A DNA stretch of 64,000 nt, taken from Candidatus Iainarchaeum sp. GTDB lineage: Archaea; Iainarchaeota; Iainarchaeia; Iainarchaeales; UBA10219. The position numbers and the translations under genes were made by a program. Shown one piece after another: positions 45,543 to 56,044 of the stretch; positions within the stretch are counted from its first letter, which is position 1, and each line of letters opens with the position of its first letter. The notes beneath the pieces were generated by a model. It was not told the DNA's origin and did no database searches. It worked only from the letters and a program-made list of their open reading frames with translations. Location of the stretch: assembly GCA_018304425.1 (NCBI GenBank), contig JAGVWE010000002.1:320001-384000 (forward strand), read 5' to 3'.

Positions 45543-46783
45543 ATAAAATGGTCTTGCTAATCGGATTGCTTTGCCTGGTTTCGTTGAGTGCCTGGGCCGC
45601 GGAAAACGACGTGGTGATGAGTTCCTACAACTACGAACCCGCACCGGTTGAGGCCGGCCAGACCTTCGAGCTATGGATCCACGTGAAAAACAGCTCCGGC
45701 AAAGACATCTCCGGCATTGAAGCCGTGTCCAAACTCGAGTACCCGTTTTCCCTGCCCGACGGCGAGACCCCTGAAAGAGTCATTGGAACGCTGACGCCGG
45801 AGGGAACCGCGCTCATCAACTACGAGTACATCAAAGTGGACCCCAATACGCCTTCCGGGGAATACAAGTTCGAGTTCAAGGTCGGTCCAAGGAGCGGAAC
45901 CGGCCGAAACTATTATGTGAAGATAAAGGTCACGCAAAAGAAGCCCGACATCGAACTGGTGGCCGTAATGTTCGAACCAAGGGCACTGAACCCGGGCCTG
46001 GAAAACGGCAAGGCCCGGCTTACCCTCAAGAACCTTGGAAAGACCACGGCCTTTGACGTCAAGGCCTCGATGGCCGTGCACGCCATGGAAGCCACTGTGG
46101 ACTCTTCGGCCGGCAAGGAATCCCACATAAAGCCCATTGGAAGCCCCCTGCGGTACATTGAACGAATTGCTCCCGGCGAAGAAAAAACGGCTGAACTCGA
46201 GTTCTCTGTGGACCGGGGCGCGGACCTCAAAACTTATTTGATTCCCCTCCAAATAGAGTACAAGAACGAGAACAACGTCGAGTTCTCGTTCGAGCGAAAC
46301 ATTGGAGCGGAAGTAACGGACAGCCCGGAATTGGACGTGGTACTGGTAGCCGTGGACCCTCAAGCAGTAATTGGGCGAACCGCGAAAATCAGCATGGACG
46401 TCTTCAATGCCGGCGGCGCGACCGCGAGTTACGTGGTTGCGGAACCCTCCCTCGAGGGGGCCGAGAAAATCATCCCGGAAAAAGTGTTCATCGGCACGCT
46501 GGAACCAGATGACTTTGACTCGTTCACGTTCCAAGTGAAGTTCAAGGAAAACGCGAAAGCAGGTGTATACCCCGTAAAGGTCAGGGTCTCGTATACGGAC
46601 AAGGGCTTCCAAAAACAGGCCCCGGAAAAAAACATCGACCTGACCGTTTACACCCCCGAAGAAGCCGCCGCCATGGCCCGGCAGGAACTACCGCTTGTAC
46701 CGATTGCGGGGGGGCTGGCCGTGCTCGGGTTCCTGTTCAGGAAAAGACTCCTCAAGCTGGTAGGCCTTGAAACCGGGGAATGA
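45539..46783 (+). CDS. COG1361-like S-layer-domain protein
   Basis: Signal peptide, three Ig-like repeats (IGTL.P), C-terminal TM anchor; typical partner of archaeal SalXY systems. Confidence 0.8.
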   Translation: MNKMVLLIGLLCLVSLSAWAAENDVVMSSYNYEPAPVEAGQTFELWIHVKNSSGKDISGIEAVSKLEYPFSLPDGETPERVIGTLTPEGTALINYEYIKVDPNTPSGEYKFEFKVGPRSGTGRNYYVKIKVTQKKPDIELVAVMFEPRALNPGLENGKARLTLKNLGKTTAFDVKASMAVHAMEATVDSSAGKESHIKPIGSPLRYIERIAPGEEKTAELEFSVDRGADLKTYLIPLQIEYKNENNVEFSFERNIGAEVTDSPELDVVLVAVDPQAVIGRTAKISMDVFNAGGATASYVVAEPSLEGAEKIIPEKVFIGTLEPDDFDSFTFQVKFKENAKAGVYPVKVRVSYTDKGFQKQAPEKNIDLTVYTPEEAAAMARQELPLVPIAGGLAVLGFLFRKRLLKLVGLETGE

Positions 46784-46798
46784 AGGTGTAAACCTACC

Positions 46799-48022
46799 GT
46801 GATAGACGCCGAAATATTCGTGGTGGCCTTCAAGAACATCCGCCAACAGGGCCTGCGAAGCTATTTGACGCTGTTAGGCGTAATCATCGGCATTGCCTCC
46901 ATCGTGGCCCTGATGTCCATCGGCGAGGGCCTGAACCTGGCAGTCCAAGAACAATTCGACCGGCTGGGAGCCAACACCCTCTTCCTCACGGCGGGAAACA
47001 CGCAGGTCGGCCAAAGCGGCGGCAGCCCCACGACCACCATCCAGTACCGGTTGAAGGACGCTGACCTCTCCCGGATTGAAAGCTATCCAACCGTTGAAGA
47101 AGTCATCCCCTTTTACTCCCTGTTCGGGCCGGTACGGCATGGCACCGAGGAAGTCAGCGCCAGCATCATCGGCTTTGACGCCGAAAAAGCGGCTTCCCTG
47201 ATGTCAACGGGCTTCCTGGATGTGGAAAGCGGCCGAATGTTCGACGAAAAGGAGGCCTTCGTGGCCGTGGTGGGCAAAAAATTCGCGGAAGACAGTTTCA
47301 AACGCGAACTGAGGCCAAGGGGCACCCTTGAAATCGGCGGCAAGAAGTTCAGGATCATCGGCATCCTCAAGGAAGCCGCGACCACGGTGGGTGGGGGCGG
47401 GCCCAACACGGGCCAAGTCATTTTCGTGCCAGAGAAATCCTTCCGGCAGGTGACCGAGGTGGACACGCCCAACTTCGTCATGGTCAAAACCTTCACCAAG
47501 GAACAAGTCAACGAAAGCAAGGAACGCATCCAACGCTACCTGGACAACAAGTATGGGGAGAAAAACTTCAACGTGAGTACGGCCGAACAGGTGCTGGAAC
47601 GCATGAGCCAAGTGCTCAGCATCCTCTCGCTGGTCCTGGTGGGCATTGCCGCGGTCTCCCTGATAGTGGGCGGGGTTGGCATCATGAGTTCCATGGTCAC
47701 GGCCGTCCTTGAACGGACCCGGGAAATCGGGGTCATGAAAGCCATTGGTGCCACCAACAAAACCATTCTCTCCCTCTTCCTCATCGAAGCCGCAATGATT
47801 GGGGGTGTCGGCGGCATCATTGGCGCCATGCTTGGAATGGCCTTGTCCCAGGGCATTGCCGGCATCGGGCAGTCCACGGGCATCAACCTCAGGGCCCCGG
47901 TCTCCCTGGAACTGTTCCTCGGCGCGCTGGCCTTCTCCATGCTGGTCGGCATGGTCTCAGGGCTCTACCCCGCGAAACGAGCCGCGGACCTGGACCCGGT
48001 GGAGGCCTTAAGATATGAGTAA
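46799..48022 (+). CDS. MacB/SalY-type ABC permease
   Basis: RSYLTLLGVIIG, ERTREIGVMKAIGA, YPAKRAADLDPVEALRYE. Confidence 0.94.
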   Translation: MIDAEIFVVAFKNIRQQGLRSYLTLLGVIIGIASIVALMSIGEGLNLAVQEQFDRLGANTLFLTAGNTQVGQSGGSPTTTIQYRLKDADLSRIESYPTVEEVIPFYSLFGPVRHGTEEVSASIIGFDAEKAASLMSTGFLDVESGRMFDEKEAFVAVVGKKFAEDSFKRELRPRGTLEIGGKKFRIIGILKEAATTVGGGGPNTGQVIFVPEKSFRQVTEVDTPNFVMVKTFTKEQVNESKERIQRYLDNKYGEKNFNVSTAEQVLERMSQVLSILSLVLVGIAAVSLIVGGVGIMSSMVTAVLERTREIGVMKAIGATNKTILSLFLIEAAMIGGVGGIIGAMLGMALSQGIAGIGQSTGINLRAPVSLELFLGALAFSMLVGMVSGLYPAKRAADLDPVEALRYE

Positions 48023-48254
48023 AAGCAAGAACCTGCCCGTCAAGATCACCAAGGATATGACAGTCCAAGAGATCGTGGAACGGTTTCCCATGACCCTGCC
48101 CGTCATGATGAAGTATGGGATTCACTGCTTTGGCTGCCATGCCTCGACCTGGGAGACCCTTGAGACGGGCGTGAAAGGCCACGGCATGAACGACGCGCAA
48201 CTCTCGGAAATGCTCAAGGAAATGAATGAGTGCGTGAAAGACTATGAAGAGTAG
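48015..48254 (+). CDS. DUF1858 domain protein
   Basis: ITKDMT...GIHCFGC...ETLE...HG. Confidence 0.85.
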   Translation: MSKSKNLPVKITKDMTVQEIVERFPMTLPVMMKYGIHCFGCHASTWETLETGVKGHGMNDAQLSEMLKEMNECVKDYEE

Positions 48255-48258
48255 TGGG

Positions 48259-48912
48259 CTACTTCTTTTTCCGCTTCGCGTATACGTCTCGAAAGTAATC
48301 GCAGTACTCTTGCAGCGGGCAGTCGCCGCACCGCGGATGAACGGACTTGCAGCGGTGCTGACCGAACTTGACGAACAACTCGTTGAGCTCGCCCCATCTG
48401 CGCTTGGGAACGAGGCGGGCGAGTGCCTGCTCGGTTTGCTTGGGCGTTTTCGTGTGCACCAGGCCCAAGCGGTTGGGGATGCGGTGCACGTGCGTGTCCA
48501 CCGGAATCACTTGCTGGTCAAAGGAAAAGCAGAGCACGCAGTTCGCGGTCTTTCTGCCGACGCCGGGAAGCGAGGTGAGCTCTTCGAGCGTTGAAGGGAC
48601 GCGACCACTGAAATCTGAGAGGATGCGGCGTGCGGTCTCCTTGACGCGCGGGGCCTTGGTGGGGTAAAAGGAGACCGGGTAGATGAGCTTCTGGATGGAG
48701 CGGGTTGGGGCGCGGGAAAGGGCCTTGGCGTCCGGGTAACGGGCGAACAAGCGCGCGGCCGCGGCCCCGGTCACGGGGTCACGGGTCTGCGCGGAAAGCA
48801 TGGTGGCAATCAGGGTGTGGAACGGGTCCACGTGGTGCACCACGGGCTTGGTTTCGCCGACCTCACAGCGGAGCAGGCGAAGGACTTCCAGGACGTCCTT
48901 GGAGTGGGCCAC
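48259..48912 (-). CDS. nth: Endonuclease III
   Basis: LSAQTRD, HhH LPGVGRKTA, VDTHVHR, C-x6-C-x2-C-x5-C [4Fe-4S] motif. Confidence 0.95.
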   Translation of the reverse strand: MAHSKDVLEVLRLLRCEVGETKPVVHHVDPFHTLIATMLSAQTRDPVTGAAAARLFARYPDAKALSRAPTRSIQKLIYPVSFYPTKAPRVKETARRILSDFSGRVPSTLEELTSLPGVGRKTANCVLCFSFDQQVIPVDTHVHRIPNRLGLVHTKTPKQTEQALARLVPKRRWGELNELFVKFGQHRCKSVHPRCGDCPLQEYCDYFRDVYAKRKKK

Positions 48913-48916
48913 GGCA

Positions 48917-49648
48917 TCACCCAGCTACCGACTTGAAAGCGAGGAGGAAGCCGATGAGCAGGGGCTGGTGCACGAGGTAGATCCACAGCGTGTGGCGACC
49001 CAGCCACTGCAGGCCCCGCGGAAAACGGGGGAAAACGGCGAGCAACCGCCGGCCACGGGCATAATAGTGGTTGCCGAAAAAGACCCCGAAGAGGAACAAG
49101 CCAAACCAGGGAACCAGGGGAAAGTAGTCCAGAGAGTAAAACCAGGTTGGGGGAACGCCAAGGGGGAGCAGCCAAGGCGTGGAGGTGGAGAGGTTGTTTA
49201 CGTAGGGAGCCGCAACGAAGAAGGCGATGGCGGCGGCGAGCGCGGGCCAAGTGGATCTTGCGAGGGGGAGGGCGAGGAGCGTGCTGAGCGCCAAGAAGTG
49301 GATGATGCCGAACACGATATAGCCGTTGTGGGGGTAGACCCAGGTTACGACTGTGATGAGGAGGGCGACGAAAGCCAGGGAGAGAAAACGGCGAAAGGCC
49401 TTGGCAGGAAAGGGAACGCCTTTGCGCCGCGCGGAGGCGCGGCTGAGCGCAAGGGAGATGCCGGCCACGACGACCATGGTCGAGGCAGCGAACCGCTGGA
49501 GGACGAGGTAGGGGCCGGCATAGGGTTCCAAGGCGGAGAGACCAAGGAAGCTGAGGTCAAAGAAGAAGTGGAACAGCACCACGGCCAGGATGCCGACGCC
49601 ACGCAAGGCATCAACCTCTTCAATGCGGGGCGAGGCGGACATGGACAT
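48917..49648 (-). CDS. DUF1624/HGSNAT-like membrane acyltransferase
   Basis: RIEEVDALRG, FGIIH, DYFPLVPW, GRHTLWIYLVHQP. Confidence 0.87.
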   Translation of the reverse strand: MSMSASPRIEEVDALRGVGILAVVLFHFFFDLSFLGLSALEPYAGPYLVLQRFAASTMVVVAGISLALSRASARRKGVPFPAKAFRRFLSLAFVALLITVVTWVYPHNGYIVFGIIHFLALSTLLALPLARSTWPALAAAIAFFVAAPYVNNLSTSTPWLLPLGVPPTWFYSLDYFPLVPWFGLFLFGVFFGNHYYARGRRLLAVFPRFPRGLQWLGRHTLWIYLVHQPLLIGFLLAFKSVAG

Positions 49649-49812
49649 CAGATTGTGAGGGCGAGCAACTGGTTGCCGCAGCATCGCGGGACGCGGACTT
49701 CCTTGCCGCACTTCCCGCAGAGGAAGCGGTTCTCGTCGAGCACCATGTCCTTGCTGCAGCAGGCCGGAATCTTCAGCGAGGTGTCGCAAATCTCACATTT
49801 GGCCAAGGCCAT
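49648..49812 (-). CDS. 54-aa tandem desulforedoxin-like/Zn-ribbon protein
   Basis: Two CxxC-x7-8-P-x-CC units (CEIC..PACC; CGKC..PRCC). Confidence 0.72.
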   Translation of the reverse strand: MALAKCEICDTSLKIPACCSKDMVLDENRFLCGKCGKEVRVPRCCGNQLLALTI

Positions 49813-49863
49813 GGAAGAAGAAAGGAGAAAAAGGAATAAAAAAGGGAACGGGGGTTGCACGGT

Positions 49864-51117
49864 TTAATACCCGCGCAACTCGGCCGCTTTCCGCATCTTC
49901 TGCAAGGCATAGACGTAGGCCGCTGTCCGCATGTCGATTTTGTGCTCTTTTTTCACGGCCCAGATGTCCTTGAAGCTGTTATTGATCTGCTTTTTCAGCA
50001 AGTCGAAGACGTAGTCCTGGGTCCAGTAGAAGCCCATGCGGTTCTGCACCCACTCCAAGTAGGAAACATAGACTCCGCCGGAGTTGGCGAGGATGTCCGG
50101 GACCACGACTGTGCCCTTCTTGTGCAGGATTTCGTCGGCTTCCGGGGTGGTGGGGCCATTCGCCAGTTCCACGATGAGCTTGGCCTTGACCTTGGCCGCA
50201 TTGGCCTTTGTAATCTGGTTCTCCAAGGCGCAGGGGAACAATACATCGACCGGCAATTCCAGGAGCTCCTCGTTGGATATCTTCTTGGCCTTGCCGAAGC
50301 CGACCACGGAACCCTTTTTTTCCTTGAATGCAATGACTTCCGGAATGTTCAAGCCATTGGAGTCATGGATGCCGCCCTTGGAGTCTGACACGGCAACCAC
50401 TTTGAAACCGTGGTCGTGACATATTTTGGCGATGAACATGCCCGCGTTGCCGAAACCCTGCACGGCAAGGGTTGGGTTGGCGAGGCCCAGTTCGCGGAGC
50501 GCGGTCTCAAAGCAGTAGTAACCGCCCTGCGCGGTGGAGGTGCCGCGGCCGGCCGAGCCACCCAATTCGAGGGGCTTCCCGGTGATGAAGGCAGGATAAC
50601 TGCCGCGATGCAGCTTTTCGAATTCATCCAGCATCCAGGCCATGATTTGGCCGTCCGTGTAAACGTCGGGCGCGGGAATGTCCCTATCCGGGCCGATAAA
50701 GTCCACCAGCTTGTCGATGTAGGCTCTGGAAAGCCGCTCGAGTTCGCCCTTGGAGAGTTCCTTGGGGTTAACGATGATGCCCCCTTTTCCCCCGCCATAG
50801 GGGATGTTGATAACCGTGCACTTCCAGGACATCCAAAAGGCAAGAGCTTTTACCTCGTCCCTGGAAACGTTCCAGTGGTAGCGGATGCCGCCCTTGGCCG
50901 GGCCCATGAAGGTGTTGAAGTGCGCTCGATAACCCGTGAAAATCTTGAGCTTGCCGTTGTCCATGTGCACCGGGATGCTGACTTCCATCAACTCCATGGG
51001 CTGCGTGAACAAGTCAAAGTACGCTGGTTTGAGGTCAATGACCTTCGCGGCCTTCGCCAGCTGCGCGATGCCGTTATCGAACGGGTTTGAACCGGTTGCT
51101 TCCATGGCTTTTGTCAT
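49864..51117 (-). CDS. gdhA: Glutamate dehydrogenase
   Basis: GPAKGGIRY, MSWKC, GGGKGG, DIPAPD, QGFGNAG, PDILANSGG. Confidence 0.96.
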   Translation of the reverse strand: MTKAMEATGSNPFDNGIAQLAKAAKVIDLKPAYFDLFTQPMELMEVSIPVHMDNGKLKIFTGYRAHFNTFMGPAKGGIRYHWNVSRDEVKALAFWMSWKCTVINIPYGGGKGGIIVNPKELSKGELERLSRAYIDKLVDFIGPDRDIPAPDVYTDGQIMAWMLDEFEKLHRGSYPAFITGKPLELGGSAGRGTSTAQGGYYCFETALRELGLANPTLAVQGFGNAGMFIAKICHDHGFKVVAVSDSKGGIHDSNGLNIPEVIAFKEKKGSVVGFGKAKKISNEELLELPVDVLFPCALENQITKANAAKVKAKLIVELANGPTTPEADEILHKKGTVVVPDILANSGGVYVSYLEWVQNRMGFYWTQDYVFDLLKKQINNSFKDIWAVKKEHKIDMRTAAYVYALQKMRKAAELRGY

Positions 51118-51233
51118 TCCACCACTCCTCCAAGACACGAACTAAGGACGAATTAAGATGGGTGGGAGTAGAAGGTTCTTAAGGCTAACGGCAAACGGCT
51201 AACCAAAGCACAGCAATCGACGAAAAGCTGGAA

Positions 51234-52166
51234 TCAGGTTTCCTTGTAGTCGATGTACGCCGTTTTTCCGCGGAGAAACCTGACCACGGACAAGGCCGCC
51301 GAACAACCGTCACCAGCGGACTTCACGGCCTGCGCGTCCGCCCCGGTGCAGTCCCCGGCCGCGAAGACCCCTGGTAGGTTGGTCTGCTGGTGCGCGTCCA
51401 CCTGGATGTTCGTGCCCTGCATTTCCAGGCCCAGCTTGTTGGCAAACGCCGTTGCACCGGTGGCGCCAAAGGCAACGAAGGCGCCATCAAACTTTTCGCG
51501 CTGGTTGCCCTCGAAGAGGACGGTTTCGAGGCCCTTTTCGCCTTCGAAGGCCAGCACCTTCTCAGCCCGCATTTTCACTTGATGGGCCTTCAACTCGGCG
51601 AGCAGCTCCGGGCTCACCTCCCAGGGCCGGCCATTTGAGAAAAGGGTGAGGTCCTTTGTGTACGGCAGCAACTCGAGGGCTTCGTGGGCCGCGTAATTGG
51701 CGTGACCGATGACGCAGACCCTCTTGTCCTTGAAGAAAAAGCCGTCGCAGACCACGCAGTAGTGCACGCCCTTGCCGGTCAGACGCTGCTCGTCCTTTAT
51801 CCCGGCCAGCTTGTAGGACTTGCCGCACGCGATGATGACGGCCTTGGCTGCAAACGACTGGCGCTTGTCCGTTTCCACGAGAAAGCCCCCGCCCTCCCTG
51901 GGCTGCAGGTTGACGGCTTCCTCCTCCAAGTGGACGGCCCCATACTTCTTGCAATGGGCCAGGGAACGTTCCTGGAACTCCTTCCCCCCAACCATGTCCG
52001 GATAGGAGAGGTAATTCGCCACCTTCTCGGCCTTGGCAATGGCGGACTTGAACGGGAAGCCGAGGACCAAGGTCTTCAACTGGGCGCGCGCCGTGTAAAG
52101 CGCGGCGCCAAGCCCGGCCGGGCCCGCACCAATGATGAGGACTTCAAACGATTGGGGTTCGGACAT
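51234..52166 (-). CDS. trxB: Thioredoxin reductase family flavoprotein
   Basis: GAGPAG, CVVC, GVFAAGD; atypical pyridine-nucleotide site. Confidence 0.85.
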   Translation of the reverse strand: MSEPQSFEVLIIGAGPAGLGAALYTARAQLKTLVLGFPFKSAIAKAEKVANYLSYPDMVGGKEFQERSLAHCKKYGAVHLEEEAVNLQPREGGGFLVETDKRQSFAAKAVIIACGKSYKLAGIKDEQRLTGKGVHYCVVCDGFFFKDKRVCVIGHANYAAHEALELLPYTKDLTLFSNGRPWEVSPELLAELKAHQVKMRAEKVLAFEGEKGLETVLFEGNQREKFDGAFVAFGATGATAFANKLGLEMQGTNIQVDAHQQTNLPGVFAAGDCTGADAQAVKSAGDGCSAALSVVRFLRGKTAYIDYKET

Positions 52167-52172
52167 CAAAAA

Positions 52173-52406
52173 TCACGGGATTTTAAGCACGCGCTTGAGG
52201 TTGGCCTCGCTGTAGCCGACCAACACCCTTCCATCCACGTCAATGACCGGGACGCCGCTTTGCCCGGACTTCTCGACCAGCTCCTCGGCGGCCTTCTCAT
52301 CGGTTGAAACGTCTTTAACCGTGTAGGGAATGCCCTTTGAGTCCAGGAAGGCCTTGGCGTCGGCACAATAATGACAGGCCGGCGTGGAATAGATGGTTAT
52401 CTTCAC
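52173..52406 (-). CDS. Glutaredoxin/NrdH-like redoxin
   Basis: YSTPACHYC, SGQSGVPVI. Confidence 0.92.
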   Translation of the reverse strand: MKITIYSTPACHYCADAKAFLDSKGIPYTVKDVSTDEKAAEELVEKSGQSGVPVIDVDGRVLVGYSEANLKRVLKIP

Positions 52407-52456
52407 AACAAGACAGAGAAGAAAAAGTTATTTAATGGTTGGCCCAGCATGCATGC

Positions 52457-53971
52457 ATGCACCGGAAAATCCCGGCCACCATGGCCACGCAGCACCCGGA
52501 CAACGCGAACGCGCCCTACTGGAAGAAGGGCTCGGCTTTCATCAATTCCGCGGACGAATTGAGGGAATGCTACCTGAACTTCGACGATTTGGGCTGCCAG
52601 GAATACATGTGGGACTGGGAAGGCAAGTACGTGGATGAGGGCATCGTCGACAAGCTGTTGAAGGAATACTACGACTTTTTTCGCAGGAAACCACTGGGCA
52701 AGGAACGGTTCTTGACCCTGCGCATCCCCCGCATGGACGATAGACGCAACTACCCGCGGATTGCGAGGGCATTCATGACCCTGATGACGGCCGAAGACCT
52801 GGCAGCCGAACTCGGCATGAAACACATGCCGGTCTTCGAAATCATTCTGCCATTCACCCGGGAGGCGCGCACCCTCGTGAAACTGCAGAAAAAGTTCGCG
52901 CTGGCCACCAAGTTCAAGAAACAAGTGTTTACTTCCAGCAAAGCCCCCGGAGGGGACATCCAGACCATCCCCCTCATAGAAGACGTCAACAACCTAGTAG
53001 GTTCGCGGAAAATCCTGGAACAATACGTGCGCCTGCACAAGAAGGCATTTGGGCGAAAACCCGCGCACATTCGGCCGTTCATCGCCCGCTCGGACCCCGC
53101 CTTGAACGCGGGAATGATTCCCGCCACGATAGCGGCCAAGGCCGCTCTAAGCCAGTACCGGGGCTTTGCAGCGGAAAGCGGCGTGGGCATATACCCCATC
53201 ATCGGCACGGGCAGCAACCCCTTCCGCGGCAACCTCCGCCCCAACAACCTGGGAAGGTTCATGAAAGAATATGCTGGCGTGCGCACCGTGACCGTGCAGT
53301 CGGCCTTCCGCTACGACTACCCCCGCGGCATGGTGCGGAACGCGGTCAAGAAACTGAATGAAGGACTCCGAAAGGGAAAGGCCATGGCGTTCGACAAGCA
53401 AGACGTGAAGAACGTGCGCGAACTCAACCAGGTTTTTGCGCGGCACTACTTTGAGACCGTGCTCCAGATCGCGCCCGACATCAACGCGGTTTCCAGGTTC
53501 GTGCCACCCAGACGGGAACGCCTCACCCACACGGAGCGATTCGGTTATGGGCGGAAAATCGGCCGGCACCTGATGCCCCGGGTCATCCCATTTTGCGCGG
53601 CCCTGTATAGCCTGGGCGTGCCCCCGGAACTGATTGGAACCGGGCGGGGGCTGCTGGAAGCCGAGAAACGGGGGCTCCTGGACTGGCTCGAAGAAAAATA
53701 CCTGTTCCTGGCCCAGGACTTGCGGGAAGCCGGCAGCTACTTGAACCGCGAGAACCTCGAAAGCCTGGCTGGAAGGGGAAGGGGCTGGCGGAAAATCATC
53801 GAAGACGTGGAAGGCATTGAAGGCACGCTTGCCTTGAACCTGGGGCCAGCCAAGACCGAGCACTTCCTGCATAGGAACCTGACCGGCAACATCCTCCTCA
53901 AGTGGGGCGCTGGAAAACCCCTCACCGAAGAAATCGAGGAAACGGCCAGGATTAGACAGGTGCTTGGATAG
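52457..53971 (+). CDS. ppcA: Archaeal-type phosphoenolpyruvate carboxylase
   Basis: IPATMATQHPDNA, EYMWDWEGK, RPFIARSDPALNAG, PFRG, TVQSAFRYD. Confidence 0.95.
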   Translation: MHRKIPATMATQHPDNANAPYWKKGSAFINSADELRECYLNFDDLGCQEYMWDWEGKYVDEGIVDKLLKEYYDFFRRKPLGKERFLTLRIPRMDDRRNYPRIARAFMTLMTAEDLAAELGMKHMPVFEIILPFTREARTLVKLQKKFALATKFKKQVFTSSKAPGGDIQTIPLIEDVNNLVGSRKILEQYVRLHKKAFGRKPAHIRPFIARSDPALNAGMIPATIAAKAALSQYRGFAAESGVGIYPIIGTGSNPFRGNLRPNNLGRFMKEYAGVRTVTVQSAFRYDYPRGMVRNAVKKLNEGLRKGKAMAFDKQDVKNVRELNQVFARHYFETVLQIAPDINAVSRFVPPRRERLTHTERFGYGRKIGRHLMPRVIPFCAALYSLGVPPELIGTGRGLLEAEKRGLLDWLEEKYLFLAQDLREAGSYLNRENLESLAGRGRGWRKIIEDVEGIEGTLALNLGPAKTEHFLHRNLTGNILLKWGAGKPLTEEIEETARIRQVLG

Positions 53972-54084
53972 CCTGCCGGAACCCTGCTCGTCAATCGCCG
54001 TTTTCCTGGTTGACGACCAACGAAGGCTTTTAATAGGATTGGCGTTGCTTGTTATCGGCCCAGTGGGCCTGAGGTGGTGAGCCA

Positions 54085-56040
54085 ATGGCTGGACAGAGTC
54101 TAACCTACAAGATTCTCCGAGCACATTTGGTCGAGGGCGAACTGATTTCCGGCAAGGAAATCGGCGTCAAGATCGACCACACCCTGACCCAAGATGCAAC
54201 CGGCACCATGGCCTACCTCCAGTTCGAGGCCCTCCAAATCCCACGCGTCCAAACCCGCGTATCGGTTTCCTACGTTGACCACAACATGCTGCAAACCGGG
54301 TTCGAGAACGCGGACGACCACCGGTTTTTGCAAAGCGTGGCGGCCAAATACGGCATCCTCTACTCGAGACCTGGTAACGGCATCTGCCACCAGGTGCACT
54401 TGGAACGCTTTTCGGAGCCTGGCTGCACCCTGTTGGGCAGCGACTCCCACACGCCCACGAGCGGCGGCATGGGCATGGTTGCCATAGGCGCGGGCGGCCT
54501 GGACGTCGCCGTAGCCATGGGGGGCGGGGCTTTCTACTTCAAGATGCCGAAAGTGCTGGGCGTGAAACTGACCGGGAAGCTGCCGCCCTGGGTCACGGCC
54601 AAGGACGTGATACTCGAAATGCTGCGCCGGCTGACCGTGAAAGGCGGCGTGGACAAAATTATCGAGTACCACGGCCCGGGCGTAAAGAGTTTGACGGTAA
54701 CGGAAAGGGCCACCATCTCCAACATGGGCGCGGAGCTGGGCGCCACCACCAGCCTGTTCCCCAGCGACGAGAACACCAAACAATACCTAACCGCGCAGGG
54801 GCGCGCCAAGAGCTGGAAGAAATGGGAGGCGGACAAGGACGCGAAATACGATGAGGCAATAGAAATTGACCTGGGCCAGCTGGAGCCCCTGATTGCCAGG
54901 CCCCAGAGCCCGGACAACGTCGTACCCGTGAAGGCGGAGGCCGGAAAGAAGGTCGCGCAGGTCTGCGTGGGCAGCTGCACCAACTCGAGCTACAAGGACC
55001 TCATGGTCGTTGCGAAGATGTTGAAGGGAAAGAAGGTGCATCCGGACGTCTCCATGACCATAACCCCGGGAAGCCGGCAGGTATTCGAAGAGATTTCGCG
55101 CAGCGGCGCATTGACTGACCTGATTGCGGCCGGCGCCAGAATCATTGAGTCGGCCTGCGGCCCCTGCATTGGCATGGGCCAGGCCCCTCCAACCGGTGGC
55201 ATCAGCGTGCGCAGCTTCAACCGCAACTTTGCCGGCCGGAGCGGCACGCAGAACGACCTGGTTTACTTGGCGAGCCCGGAAACGGCTGCCGCATGCGCCC
55301 TCAAGGGAGTCATCGCCGACCCCCGCGAACTCGGCAAGTGCCCGAAGATAGCGGTTCCAACGAAGTTCGTCATCGACGACTCCGGCATCATCAAACCCCC
55401 CAAGGACGCGAAATCCGTGGAAATCGTGCGGGGCCCCAACATCAAGCCCCTGCCGATTGCACCCGCTGTGGAAGATCGCCTGGAAGCAGAAGTCCTGATC
55501 AAAGCCGGCGAAAACGTTACCACAGACCACATCCTGCCGGCGGGCGCAAAGATTTTGCCGCTGCGAAGCAACGTGCCTGCCATCTCCGAATTCGTGTTCT
55601 GCAACGTGGACAAGGACTTCGTCAAGCGCGCCAAGGAAAAAGGCAAGGGCCTTATCGTGGGCGGGGAAAATTATGGCCAAGGCTCTTCCAGGGAGCATGC
55701 CGCCTTGGCACCCATGTACTTGGGCGTACGGGCCGTGATTGCGAAAAATTTTGCCCGCATCCACAAGGCCAACCTCATCAATTTCGGCATAACCCCCCTG
55801 GAGTTCGAGAACGCCAAGGACTACCAGGAAGTAACGCAGGGGGATGTCCTCGAAGTCGATGGCCTCAAACAAGCCATCCTTTCCGGTAAGACCGGCATCA
55901 CGGCCAGGAACAAGTCAAAGAACAGGGAACTCAACCTGAAAATCGACTTGACGCAGAGGCTCCGGAAAATCGTGGCCGCTGGCGGACTGCTCAATTACAC
56001 GAGAAACCAGACGGTGACGGCGAAGGCCACGGTGAGGTGA
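54085..56040 (+). CDS. Aconitate hydratase
   Basis: [39 protein letters not shown]. Confidence 0.95.
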   Translation: MAGQSLTYKILRAHLVEGELISGKEIGVKIDHTLTQDATGTMAYLQFEALQIPRVQTRVSVSYVDHNMLQTGFENADDHRFLQSVAAKYGILYSRPGNGICHQVHLERFSEPGCTLLGSDSHTPTSGGMGMVAIGAGGLDVAVAMGGGAFYFKMPKVLGVKLTGKLPPWVTAKDVILEMLRRLTVKGGVDKIIEYHGPGVKSLTVTERATISNMGAELGATTSLFPSDENTKQYLTAQGRAKSWKKWEADKDAKYDEAIEIDLGQLEPLIARPQSPDNVVPVKAEAGKKVAQVCVGSCTNSSYKDLMVVAKMLKGKKVHPDVSMTITPGSRQVFEEISRSGALTDLIAAGARIIESACGPCIGMGQAPPTGGISVRSFNRNFAGRSGTQNDLVYLASPETAAACALKGVIADPRELGKCPKIAVPTKFVIDDSGIIKPPKDAKSVEIVRGPNIKPLPIAPAVEDRLEAEVLIKAGENVTTDHILPAGAKILPLRSNVPAISEFVFCNVDKDFVKRAKEKGKGLIVGGENYGQGSSREHAALAPMYLGVRAVIAKNFARIHKANLINFGITPLEFENAKDYQEVTQGDVLEVDGLKQAILSGKTGITARNKSKNRELNLKIDLTQRLRKIVAAGGLLNYTRNQTVTAKATVR

Positions 56041-56044
56041 GGAC

